Shown here piece after piece: positions 22,200 to 33,947 of a DNA stretch of 64,000 nt. The notes below the pieces were generated by a model that saw only the letters and a program-made list of their open reading frames with translations, had not been told where the DNA came from and searched no databases. The stretch spans positions 65,162,001-65,226,000 of the forward strand of contig OZ038378.1 in the NCBI GenBank assembly GCA_964036045.1. The letters are read 5' to 3'. Each line of letters begins with the position of its first letter. Positions within the stretch are counted from its first letter, which is position 1. A program made the translations under genes and the position numbers. Origin of the DNA: Eutreptiella sp. 'Long Island Sound 2002' (taxonomy: Eukaryota > Protista > Euglenida).

Positions 22200-24200
22200 T
22201 GACATTGGGGGTCAGTACATCTACAGGGGTGCTATGCAACATCGCAAGGACAAGGAATCCAAACATCACCCCTTGCCTACATGGACACGAGAGTTTGAAG
22301 GCTTTGAGGTTAGAAGAGACACTCCTTTGCACATACGAACAAAGCTAGCAGGGCTTCATCAAGTGTAGACCACAAGCAGTAGTGTGTCAACAACCAGTGA
22401 ACGGATGGCACTCCTACTAGAGCATATTGCGGAGGATCCAGATGCCGCCGTGCTCACCCATACTCAAAACATGTTGGCTGAAATTGTTATTATTGCGGAT
22501 GAAGGCAATGTGGTGTGTTCAACGTTTCGACTGTATCCGTTTTCGTTATACATTACTGTGAGCCTGTCTTTGTACCCGTCTCTTGCTGTCTTAAGGTTAT
22601 TGTAGCCAACCTTTGGCAGGGTTGGGCAAGCTTGTCAAATTCATTGGGCAGCCAGCTGTTGATGCAGTTTATGGGATGGAGAAGCGAGATGTTGAACCGG
22701 TGCTTGGGGTATTCAAAGAGTGCGAAGGATTATTGCCAGACAGACTGTCAAGCATTGTCCTCTACATGTCGCGTACTAAAAGCACAGTACTTGGAATCAA
22801 ACGTGAAATAAAGTTGGCCAAACTTGAGCAGTTGTGGAGGTGGCATGTGCTCCATCCGGATGCAGTCACCGAGGGGTTTGTGCAGGAGTCCAGGGGTATG
22901 CTGCATTATTCTGCTGTCTGAGTGGTAGTGATTTTGTAGTCTTTTTTTCGGTGCCGACGATGAGCTGGGCGAAATTTTCGCCCAGGTCTCTCAATTTTCG
23001 TTCATAAACATACCATTTTTTAACTGCCTCATGTGTGTCCTGTGTATACCCTCTGCAGCAATTGTGGGTACTGTGACCATGTGCAAAGAACAACGTCTCA
23101 TTATGGCCCATATCCGGGTCCTGTATGGCAGCTGGGTGTGGAGTCCCGAGTCACCTTGGCCACCGTGGGCTTCTGTTGGTAAGACAAGCTTTCGGACCTC
23201 CGACTTTTACCAAGGGTTACGTGACAGGCTTCGTAAGCCCCCCGTGACAGCAAGTATTGAGAAGGCTGACGGTGGGCATATTCGTCTTAAGTTGGGTGAT
23301 ACCATTATTCAGACAGACACACGGAAAGTTCTGAAGGAGGAGGGTAGAGTTGAGCTACTCCCTTTGTGGGCAGGCTGCCCTGTTCCCAGCTTTGTCCGTG
23401 CATTGCCATTTGTCTGCATCCTGATTGAAGTCCCACATATGTGGCAATATTGTGGCACAATTTGTATTGAATGGTATTTTGGTGGCAGTCAGTGGTGAGA
23501 CTGGCGATGTTCGGGCCTGTGTTAGCAACCTAAAGGCAACCTGTGCTCAGGAATTTTTCCATGCCGATGTATGTGTGTACAACCTGTCCAAGCCATCAGC
23601 ACTGTACAGCATGGGACAGACGGTGTAGTCTGCACCAGGTTTCTGCACGCCTACCCCGATATCTTTTATATATTGAGGGCACCTTGACGAGTGCCATTCC
23701 TGTTGAAGTGTTCTGTTTTTTGCTGTATGCATTAGATTTGATACAGCAGAATAGTACATGGGTAATGGTTTGCACACATCAGTGAAGTTTTTCTGCAGCC
23801 CTTTCCATTCAAAGCATGTTCCCTGTGAACGTTGGAATTTGCATACTTGTATGAGGAGAAGTCTGTTCTCGAGTCATTTGTTTCTGATTTGAGGGCTGCT
23901 GTGTCGAAGTGCGGCACTGTGGCACCTATCCAGTGAGAACCGGTTTGTGAAGACCTGGCAGATGGTTTTCGAGTGGATTTTGCGGGAATGAGGTATGTAG
24001 ATCAAGAAGAGGAGGCCACCCAATCAGAGGACGAGGATGGTGAGTCCCAGAAACGCCCCCCCCCCCCCAACCCAAAGTCAACCGGCAAGCAGGGGGACGG
24101 CACACCCGCCAAGGCCAAAAACTGAAAGGCAAGCCCCTCACAGCAAAGCCCCAAGGCTGCATCAAAGCCTCAACCCAACAAGGCGTTGGGCACGTTTGTA
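22200..24200 (+). pseudogene. Second gene of the outer element, unknown function
   Basis: FEGFEVRRDTPL, SERMALLLEH..ADEGN, WRWHVLHPD, WPPWASV, VSGETGDVR and RVDFAGMRYV are collinear with 16260-18744. Confidence 0.7.
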
Positions 24201-25479
24201 GCCCATTTCACACCGTCACAGCAGACATAGAATGGACGTGGTGCCACGGGTGGCGCTAACAGTGAAATGTCTGGTGACCACGTACCACAAGCAAATGTCG
24301 TTCTGCGGTGTCTCTGCAGATACTATTGACATTTTGCGCACTGTTTCTTTGTGTTTTACTAAAGCCAGAAGAAATTTCGCCAAGGTTCAGGTATTTCCCG
24401 GAATACACGGTTCGTTTTTACATTTTTGTAAAGGTGGAAGAAGTTTCGCCCACAGGTTTCAACAATGGCAAACAGAGACCTTGATTATGATGCATGAATT
24501 TGAGTGACTGTCAATTGACAGTTATTGGGCACACACATGGTGCATCAATCTTTGCTTAGTGTGTGCTACCCTACTTCTTGCACTGCATCGCCTTGGTGGA
24601 TGATACATTTGTGTGTAACATTGGAAAGGTTTGTTGTATTCCAGAAACCTTCCTTCTTCCTTTGCTTTTGCAGTATGCATGCGCGCTCATTGTGTTTTGA
24701 CAACTGGGGTGTGGTTACATGAGAATAACATTTTAGATAAATAGAGATACTCATTTTTTCCTACCAGGTGCAAGGGGTCCCCTAGGTGCAGAATTCATAC
24801 TCTATTTTTGGGTGTACTCACAAGGGGCCAGTATGGCCCCGTGGAGCCGAGCCTGTGGGTAGGGGGGTGGGCAGTTAGTGTGGCCTAAGTATCACACAGA
24901 TGAGTGGAGCCTTGCCTCTAACTTCACCGGGTGTTGTGATAGCTTCATTGAGTGCCGGTAAAGGGATGTCCGTGGTGTATTCACAACGTAGTGACTGCAA
25001 GCGCGGCTCTCTGCTGCGCTCCAATTGACACAGAAACCGGCCGGGAAGGACAGCGAGAGACGCAGGTAACGGGGGCATGGTGAACTGTGAACAAATACGG
25101 GGCACTCACGGGGCCATCCCACCCCAAGCAGACGGGCAGGCAGTCAGACAACACTAGGGTAAGCTGTAGAGCACGGGGGACCAACGCCGTATAGTTCTCC
25201 TGGTGACTCAGCGCTGTACCCTTTGCAAACCGCACCTTTGAATGAAGGTGCGCACGTCGCTAACTTTTGGACGGTTTCGCCTGTTATTCCGTGCCCGTTT
25301 GCCCGTTTGCGGTGCTTACTTCGCCAAAAAATAAAGAAACTTGAAGACCCGCAAACTGTAGCCCGAGTGGTAGCTAACATCGCTTAGATTCGCAAAACAT
25401 TGTTAAAACTGTGCGCTTATTCACATGTTTCGTTCACATGTCTTGTTAACATTCGCATGTGATTTTCATTCGCCGGAAG

Positions 25480-27120
25480 ATGGCACGAAGATGGCGCGAA
25501 TATGTCCAAGGTTTTTCAAGTTCCGCTCCTCTTCATGCTTTTCTTCCCCTGTGCAGCTCTCATTCTCTTGCAATGGCTCTCTCGCAACATGGCAGCCTCT
25601 TGGACGCAGCCACGGACACCTGCGCCCATCTGCCGACCCTCCCCCGCCGCCCACACACGCTGGACCAGGCCACATACACGGGAGGCTTGTTGGTGGGGGA
25701 GGTGGTGGAGTGGGCAAAGGGTTCGGATCCCTCCCCCACCCTCATCCACATCGACGTGAGGGAGCCCGCGTGAGCGGGTGCTCTCTGCAATAAGGGGTGA
25801 ACCACACACCTGTGGCACCAGCTGCAGGTGGCCCTCCCCGAGTTGAGGGCCATCTGCCTTGTCCCCGCCCCCAAAACGGTTGGCTCCATTCTAGGGGTCA
25901 TGTCGCAACACGGGGTGGGGAAGTTGGAGTCGGGGGTTTGCACCATCTACCCCACCACTAACCTCCTCCAGTCCCCCCCCCCCCCGCAAGGACATGATTG
26001 CGTTGAATGATTACTTCGCTGCCGTTGATCCGTAGGGACCATTCTTCTTTTACCTTTGGGTGGCAGAGCGCCACCGCTCAGTGGTGGGATGACTTGGGGC
26101 TCTTCCTCGCCCACCCTGAGGTGCCCCCCCTCCACCACATTCCCAACACCACTCGTCCCACACTTCATTAGATGCGTGGGTTGAGTTGGTATCGGGGATT
26201 CGCCGACCCTCCCGCCCCTTCATTACCCTGAACCCCCTTTGCCAACTGCCCCCTCACCGGACCCCCCCACCTTTGCAACCCCTCACCATCCCTCCACCCC
26301 GACCGTCCTGCACCTCCCATGCCCAGGAACTTTGTTGATGGGCTTGGGTATACGGTGACCTTAGACACCCTCACTTCCGCCGAGTGCAAGGTGGCTTGGA
26401 ACCGGGTGCAGAAAGTCTTGGGCGAGGGGGGGGGGATAAAGTTCCACATTTTTGGATGTTGTGTTTAACGTACAAAATGTGGAAAAACAACGGGCCGATC
26501 CCTCCCTGCCCCAGTGCTACCAGTCCAGACCGTGTAAGACAGATCAGCTCGCTGGTAGCGTTTTCAAAAAGCTTGTTGCCAACCTGAGGGAGAGCTTGCT
26601 TGACCCCTTTGAATTTGTTTACCCCATGCCCCCCGGTTCCGTCATCGTGTCCGACGTGGAGTCCGGCGATCAGCTGGCCCACACGGACACCTCCACTGCC
26701 CCCCACGTCGTCCCCCTGTCCGACCGGTCAAAGTGGGACTTCCACCTTTCCACCTTGGTGGCCCTCTCCCCCCAGTACCGCCTGTGCATTCAGGTAGGAA
26801 CGGCCTTGGGGGAGGTCGAGGTGGAGAGGTGGGAAGAGGCCCTCCTTAACCAAGGGGAGGTTCTCGTCATGGTCCGCACCGCCCGCCACCATGGTCTTCT
26901 AACCCCCGCCGGTCAAGACATGCAGGGGGCCCTGTTCATGCAGTGGACCCCCGACAAAAAGCATGTCAACGTGCTGCCCAACACCACCCACCTCGACCCC
27001 CCAAGTGACCCGCTGCTCAAGAAAATTTTGGGGACCCTTGACCACCAAGAGGTCCCCACGTATGGCCAACTCCTTTTGTTGGGGCGGGGGGGGGTTGGAG
27101 GCCCATATGGGGCTGGCCGT
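25480..27120 (+). pseudogene. 2OG-Fe(II) dioxygenase (PhyH-like double-stranded beta-helix) domain gene, degenerate
   Basis: GYTVTLD...DVVFN...D..(C)YQ, GSVIVS...QLAHTD (HxD 26680-26688), HLSTLVAL, L.QGEVLV and RHHG (distal His 26887-26892). One frameshift near 26450; upstream region of unknown identity has stops. Confidence 0.75.
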
Positions 27121-27297
27121 GGAGGACCTTCGGGATGATGTTTTCAAGCCCCCCCTGTGCAATTCATGCGCACCCGGTGGTGGGAGGCACTCATTACAAT
27201 ATGCCTTGAGGAGAGGGGAATGAACAACAAGCGGCCGGGTGGCAGACTATGGGGTGATGTTTGTTGGGAGTGGTAGGACAACTTTGCCACGACATGT

Positions 27298-27768
27298 GTG
27301 TCTGCATGGCAAACCGGATGGCTATCCGGGGGGGACGTAGGAAGGCTTCGCGAATGGAGCATACGAATGGGCAAGGCCCACTTAGTGTTACAGTGGCCTA
27401 AGTTGGTGTGGTCACATCTGTGGATTGACCACGTGTATTTCTTTGCCCGCAAGTGGAGAATCCTCTCCAAGTTTTCATGCTTTGCCATGGAAGGCAGCCA
27501 TCGTAGGCCAAAGTGCATGCTGTGCAATAGCGGGGGCCTAAGCCTCCCGCGTGGCCGCCTACTTGTGCAGGTTGTGGTTGACAACCACACCATAGATGAC
27601 GGCCTCCGTCGAGAGGGGTGGGATGTTACCAACAGGTCCATACGTGGACAAGGGCCTGTGGCAGTGTGGCATTTGGCGCGGCGTGCCCGCAAGAGGGCAC
27701 TTAGTGACCTCAACTATGTACAAGTCCTCTCACAGCGTTTAAGGCGCCGCCGCAAGCGGCGGGCCTAG
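27298..27768 (+). pseudogene. Possible divergent Ulp1/C48-like protease segment following the dioxygenase
   Basis: GWLSGGDV resembles the Ulp1 gWL.D..I motif; also PKLVWSHLW and a NRSIRGQGPVAVW segment, but the catalytic Cys is not seen. Confidence 0.3.
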
Positions 27769-28423
27769 GGCATGCGGGCATGGGACCATGAGTTGTGGTG
27801 GCTCTACGTACTTGAGTTGGCACGCCACACGGTGGAGGTGCGCGCGTGCGCGAAAATGAATGCCAAAATTGCGCGATTTTCACACGAATTTGCTGTATAT
27901 TCACGTTCGCCTTGCCGCCGCAGACACAGGGAAAGCCTATGGCAGGCTGAGGGCATTTCGTGGGGCACCATGGCACCATGGCGTGTGAAAAAGGGGCCGT
28001 TTCTGGTCACGGGCACCCGGATTTTTTTTTTTAGAATGTTTAGAAATATTGGTACCATCCCAACCCTGTGAAAATAAATGTTCCCGGTCAGATCCCTTCA
28101 TTTGTGCAACCATATTCGTGCGATTCTCGCTCCCCATTCAAAAGTTCTTTTACCAGCCGTTGGCAAAGGGTACAGCCCCCTTCACGTCACTGCAGTAAGC
28201 GGGCCGGCCACCGCGCATGGCGGGGATGTGGCCGGGGGGGGGGGGGGGGGCTGGTCCCCAGTGGTGCCGGAGTGTGCCCCTAAGAATACCGGCGCGTAGC
28301 AGGCAGGTGCCACCCAACCGGTCACTAGCAGACACAGGGCAGCAGCGGATGGGGTCCCCAGATGCACACACAGACGGAGATCTGGAAGGTTAGAGGCCGG
28401 TGTAACGGTCTTGAGCTCACTGC

Positions 28424-29179
28424 CTACCGCGCGGAATGCGGAGTATTGGACGAAGTGGCAGGCGAAGCTGCAGCTGACGGCGCCGGGAACCGAAGGTCTC
28501 GAACATTGTAAATGAGATGCATCTTTCCACGCAAGATGAAACAGTGCTGAGTAGTGGCGTAGTTGGAAGTAGTTACACTGAGGAAGGGCTCGGGGGACCT
28601 TGTGTCCCCCAGCTGTGCACGCCACAAGGCAGAAGGCCAGTGGCCCCCTTGTGGTTTGTTCGTATCCATGCGGACCATTGCGACGGCGAAAATTTGGTTC
28701 GGAGGTTGTGAACGAGCCATCCGCAGAAGCGTTCGAAGGAGACTACGGCGAACTTTTCCGGCATCGGAGGCTCCAAATGGACTTGGACTTGGACTTGCGT
28801 CACGGGCCTCATACTGTTCTTCGGAACAGTGGGCGTCTCTAGCCTTGCAGCGGGTCCACCCTTGCTCCGAGCGCTTCTGCTTGCCAGTGGAGGCGCGTGG
28901 CTCAGCAGGTGGACTTGGTGAACGAGACATGACACGAAGACTGAAGCAATCAGGCCGGCTCTGAGGGGGCAGGTGGGCGTGCAATAGGAGCGCCTCCCTT
29001 CGCACACCAGTCAAACCCCGGCAAGGGAGGGTCGCCGCATGGCAGGCGTGGAAGCCTCCAAGGGTCGAGGTGCACCTCTGATGCGAACTAAAGAGGGAAT
29101 GGGGAGATACCTGTTGTCCCGCGTATTGCACACAGCATGAGTGTGGGCAAACCATGTTAATGGACTTGAAACTGTTCAA
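28424..29179 (-). CDS. 251-aa ORF of unknown function, convergent on the dioxygenase gene
   Basis: Open frame with a protein-like C-terminal half (PPNQIFAVAMVRMD...HCFILRGKMHLIYNVRDLRFP); no recognised domain. Confidence 0.3.
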   Translation of the reverse strand: MNSFKSINMVCPHSCCVQYAGQQVSPHSLFSSHQRCTSTLGGFHACHAATLPCRGLTGVRREALLLHAHLPPQSRPDCFSLRVMSRSPSPPAEPRASTGKQKRSEQGWTRCKARDAHCSEEQYEARDASPSPSPFGASDAGKVRRSLLRTLLRMARSQPPNQIFAVAMVRMDTNKPQGGHWPSALWRAQLGDTRSPEPFLSVTTSNYATTQHCFILRGKMHLIYNVRDLRFPAPSAAASPATSSNTPHSAR

Positions 29180-29353
29180 CTGACTGGTATGCTAGAAGTG
29201 GCACGACATGCACGCAGCTGCACACATGCAGGCAAGGCGAAAACGCAACGTGTGATGACGCCCGGCCATCACCATGAGTTTTCCTTGAGTAATATGCGCC
29301 GTGGGGCCCCGGACAGGTAGTACGAGCTATGGGTATAGTAACCAAATGGGCTA

Positions 29354-29379
29354 TCAGACTTCAGACTTCAGACTTTTAT
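29354..29379 (-). repeat. (TCAGACT)x3 + TTTAT motif, probable 3' tail of a minus-strand retroelement
   Basis: Reads ATAAA-(AGTCTGA)3 on the minus strand; the same motif recurs at 34377-34401. Confidence 0.55.
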
Positions 29380-29805
29380 GGACCATCACCCCTAACCCCC
29401 CCCCCCAACACCCTTTCTACCCCCCCCCCCCGTGTCAGACTTCGCCCCCCCCCCCTCCCATGCCCCCCCCAATATCAAACTTGTCCATTGTCACCACACT
29501 GTTGAGGTGTAGAAGTGGTATGTGGTCTCGACCCTAGCGTCTGAAACCCAACCAGTGCTTGCAACCCCTTCAATGATGGTAGGTGCCCCCCCCCCCCCCC
29601 CACCCCACCCCACCCCATCTCTCTGACTCAAACCGATCGGGGGGCTCATATGTGACTGAAGACAAGTGAGAACAGAATCCTGATGTCTGGCCCGAGCAAC
29701 CTCACGTGAGCTAATCGGGTTGGTTTTGCTGGTGGGGTGGGTGGGAGGGGGTTCATCGGGTTGGGCCGGAACTGTGGAGAGGGGGGGTAGTGGGTTTCGA
29801 GTACG

Positions 29806-29972
29806 GCACAGCACATCACATCACAGCACATCACATCACACCACAGCACAACACAACATACAGCATAGCACAGCATATTACAGCACAACAGAGCACAACA
29901 CAGGCCCTACGGCCGCCCAAGAGAGCCTCCCTCCCTCCCTCCCTCCCTCCCTCCCGTCCCTCCCTCCCTCCC
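29806..29972. repeat. Simple repeats: (CACAG/CACAT)n followed by (CTCC)n
   Basis: Directly visible degenerate pentamer and tetramer runs. Confidence 0.85.
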
Positions 29973-30141
29973 ACCCTGTCATTTCCCTTCTTGTGTGGTG
30001 AGGTTAGGGAGGGTATGCCTGTTTTTCTTTTTCAGGTTTTCTTTTATAGTAGAGTGCTTTCCCGCTTGCCAGCTTACCAAGGTCCGAACCCCCCCCCAAA
30101 AAAAGGAAGTATGTTACTCCGTTCCTTAGTTAGTTCCGGTG

Positions 30142-33058
30142 GACCCCTCTGTGAATTATTTACCCCCCTCCGTGAATTACTTGACCCCTCCGTGAATTGT
30201 TTACCCCCCTCCGTGAATTATTTACCCCCCTCCGTGAATTATTTACCCCCCTCCGTGAATCATTTCACCCCTCTGTGAATTGTTTACCCCCCTCCGTGAA
30301 TTATTTCACCCCTCCGTGAATTATTTACCCCCCTCCGTGAATTATTTCACCCCTCCGTGAATTGTTTACCCCCCTCCGTGAATTATTTGACCCCTCTGTG
30401 AATTGTTTACCCCCCTCCGCGAATTATTTGACACCTCTGTGAATTGTTTACCCCCCTCCGTGAATTATTTACCCCCCTCCGTGAATTATTCACCCCCCTC
30501 CGTGTATTATTTGACCCCTCTGTGACCCGTTTACCCCCCTCCGTGAATTATTTGACCCCTCCGTGAATTATTTACCCCCCTCCGTGAATCATTTGACCCC
30601 TCTGTGAATTATTTACCCCCCTCCGTGAATTATTTGACCCCTCCGTGAATTATTTACCCCCCTCCGTGAATTCTTTGATCCCTCCGTGAATTTTTTACCC
30701 CCCTCCGTGAATTATTTGACCCCTCCGTGAATTATTTGACCCCTCTGCGAATTGTTTCCCCCCCTCCGTGAATTATTTCACCCCTCCGTGAATTATTTAC
30801 CCCCATCCGTGAATTATTTCACCCCTCTGTGAATTGTTTACCCCCCTCCGTGAATTATTTGACCCCACCGTGAATTATTTGACGCCTCCGTGAATTATTT
30901 ACCCCCCTCTGTGAATTATTTGACCCCTCCGTGAATTATTTACCCCCCTCCGTGAATTCTTTCACCCCTCCGTGAATTATTTACCCCCCTCCGTGAATTC
31001 TTTCACCCCTCCGTGAATCATTTACCCCCCTCCGTGAATTATTTGACCCCTCTGTGAATTGTTTACTCCCCTCCGTGAATTATTTGACCCCTCCGTGAAT
31101 TATTTACCCCCCTCCGTGAATTATTTGACCCCTCTGTGAATTTTTTACCCCCCTCCGTGAATTATTTGACCCCTGTGTGAATTATTTACCCCCCTCCGTG
31201 AATTATTTGACCCCTCCGTGAATTATTTACCCCCCTCCGTGAATTATTTGACCCCTCCGTGAATTACTTACCCCCCTCCGTGATTTATTTGACCCCCTCC
31301 GTGAATTATTTACCCCCCTCCGTGAATTACTTGACCCCTCCGTGAATTATTTGACCCCTCTGTGAATTGTTTACCCCCCTCCGTGAATTATTTGACTCCT
31401 CCGTGAATTATTTACCCCCCTCCGTGAATTATTTGACCCCTCCGTGAATTATTTACCCCCCTCCGTGAATTATTTCACCCCTCCGTGAATTGTTTACCCC
31501 CCTCCGTGAATCATTTTACCCCTCCGTCCAAGTATTTACCCCCCTCCGTGAATTATTTGACGCCTCCGTGAATTATTTACCCCCCTCCGTGAATTATTTT
31601 ACCCCTCCGTGAATTATTTACCCCCCTCCGTGAATTATTTGACCCCTCCGTGAATTATTTACCCCCCTCCGCGAACTATTTGACCCCTCCGTGAATTATT
31701 TACCCCCCTCCGTGAATTATTTCACCCCTCCGTGAATTATTTACCCCCCTCCGTGAATTATTTCACCCCTCCGTGAATTTTTTGACCTCTCTGTGAATTG
31801 TTTCCCCCCCTCCGTGAACTATTTGACCCCTCCGTGAAGTATTTACCCCCCTCCGTGAATTATTTGACCCCTCCGTGAATTATTTGCCCCCCTCCGTGAA
31901 TTATTTGACCCCTCCGTGAATTATTTACCCCCCTCCGTGAACTCTTTCACCCCTCCGTGAATTATTTACCCCCCTCCGTGATTTATTTGACCCCTCCGTG
32001 AATTATTTACCCCCCTCCGTGAATTATTTGACCCCTCCGTGAATTATTTGCCCCCCTCCGTGAATTATTTGACCCCTCCGTGAATTATTTACCCCCCTCC
32101 GTGAACTCTTTCACCCCTCCGTGAATTATTTACCCCCCTCCGTGAATTATTTGACCCCTCCGTGAATTATTTGCCCCCCTCCGTGAATTAAATGACCCCT
32201 CCGTGAATTATTTACCCCCCTCCGTGAATTATTTGACCCCTCTGTGAATTATTTACCCCCCTCCGTGAATTATTTGACCCCTCCGTGAATTAATTACCCC
32301 CCTCCGTGAATTATTTGACCCCTCCGTGAATTATTTACCCCCCTCCGTGAATTATTTCACCCCTCCGTGAATTATTTACCCCCCTCCGTGAATTCTTTCA
32401 CCCCTCCGTGAATTATTTATCCCCTCCGTGAAATATTTCACCCCTCCGTGAATTATTTACCCCCCTCCGTGAATTATTTCACCCCTCTGTGAATTGTTTA
32501 CCCCCCTCCGTGAATTATTTGACCCCTCCGTGAATTATTTACCCCCCTCCGTGAATTATTTGACCCCTCCGTGAATTATTTACCCCCCTCCGTGAATTAT
32601 TTGACCCCTCCGTGAATTATTTACCCCCCTCCGTGAATTATTTCACCCCTCCGTGAATTATTTACCCCCCTCCGTGATTTATTTGACCCCTCCGTGAATT
32701 ATTTACCCCCCTCCGTGAATTATTTGACCCCTCCGTGAATTATTTACCCCCCACCGTGAATTATTTGACCCCTCCGTGAATTATTTACCCCCCCCCGTGA
32801 ATTATTTGACCCCTCCGTGAATTATTTACCCCCCTCCGTGAATTATTTGACCCCTCCGTGAATTATTTACCCCCCTCTGTGAATTATTTGACCCCTCAGT
32901 GAATTATTTACCCCCCTCCGTGAATTATTTGACCCCTCCGTGAATTATTTACCCCCCTCCGTGATTTATTTGACCCCCTCCGTGAATTATTTGACCCCTC
33001 CGTGAATTCTTTCACCCCTCCGTGAATTATTTGACCCCTCCGTGAATTATTTGACCCC
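30142..33058. repeat. Satellite of alternating 21-bp and 20-bp monomers (41-bp dimer), about 140 monomers
   Basis: CCGTGAATTATTTACCCCCCT alternates with CCGTGAATTATTT(G/C)ACCCCT; no ORF calls in the region. Confidence 0.98.
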
Positions 33059-33067
33059 GGTGTGTGT

Positions 33068-33945
33068 GTCAATTATTTTTGGGGTCTAGACCCCCCTAGG
33101 AATTGACGCATAGGGTCGCGTCAATTATTTTGGGGGTCCAGACCCCCATAGGAATTGACGCACAGGGTCGCGTCAATTGTTTTGGGGGTCTAGACCCCCA
33201 TAGGAATTGACGCATAGGGTCGCGTGAATTCTTTTGGGGGTCTAGACCCCCATAGGAATTGACGCCTAGGGTCGCGTCAATTATTTTGGGTGTTTAGACC
33301 CCCATAGGAATTGACGCATAGGGTCGCGTCAATTATTTTGGGGGTCTAGACCCCCATAGGAATTCACGCATAGGGTTGCGTCAATTATTTTGGGGGTGTA
33401 GACCCCCATAGGAAATGGCGCATAGGGTCGCGTCAATTATTTTTGGGGTCTAGACCCCCATAGGAATTGACGCATAGGGTCGCGTCAATTATTTTGGGGG
33501 TCTAGACCCCCATAGGAATTGACGCCTAGGGTCGCGTCAATTATTTTGGGGGTTTAGACCCCCATAGGAATTGACGCATAGGGTCGCGTCAATTATTTTG
33601 GGGGTCTAGACCCCCATAGGAATTCACGCATAGGGTCGCGTCAATTATTTTGGGGGTCTAGACCCCCAAAGGAAATGGCGCATAGGGTCGCGTCAATTAT
33701 TTTGGGGGTCCAGACCCCCATAGGAATTGACGCATAGGGTCGCGTCAATTATTTTGGGGGTCTAGACCCCCCTAGGAATTGGCGCATGAGGTCGCGTCAA
33801 ATTTTTTGGGGGTCTGGACCCCCCTAGGAATTGACGCATAGGGTCGCGTCAATTATTTTGGGGGTCCAGACCCCCATAGGAATTGACGCATAGGGTCGCG
33901 TCAATTATTTTGGGGGTCCAGACCCCCATAGGAATTGGCGCATAG
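33068..33945. repeat. 52-bp tandem repeat, about 17 copies, with two inverted repeats per unit
   Basis: Unit TAGGGTCGCGTCAATTATTTTGGGGGTCTAGACCCCCATAGGAATTGACGCA; period confirmed at 33111 and 33163. Confidence 0.98.
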
Positions 33946-33947
33946 CA

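Larger units (their letters stand above)
12417..24890 (+). mobile_element. Outer (older) two-gene DNA transposon, Academ-like; about 6.2 kb without the nested insert
   Basis: TIRs ACTTAGGCCACGCTAACTACCCGCCCC (12417; duplicate at 10327) and GGGGTGGGCAGTTAGTGTGGCCTAAGT (ends 24890), 24/27 match. Flanks GTC/ATC suggest a 3-bp TSD with one mismatch. Confidence 0.8.

Noticed and set aside
30142-33945. CRISPR array
   Set aside because: Repeats are contiguous with no unique spacers, there are no cas genes, and the context is eukaryotic.
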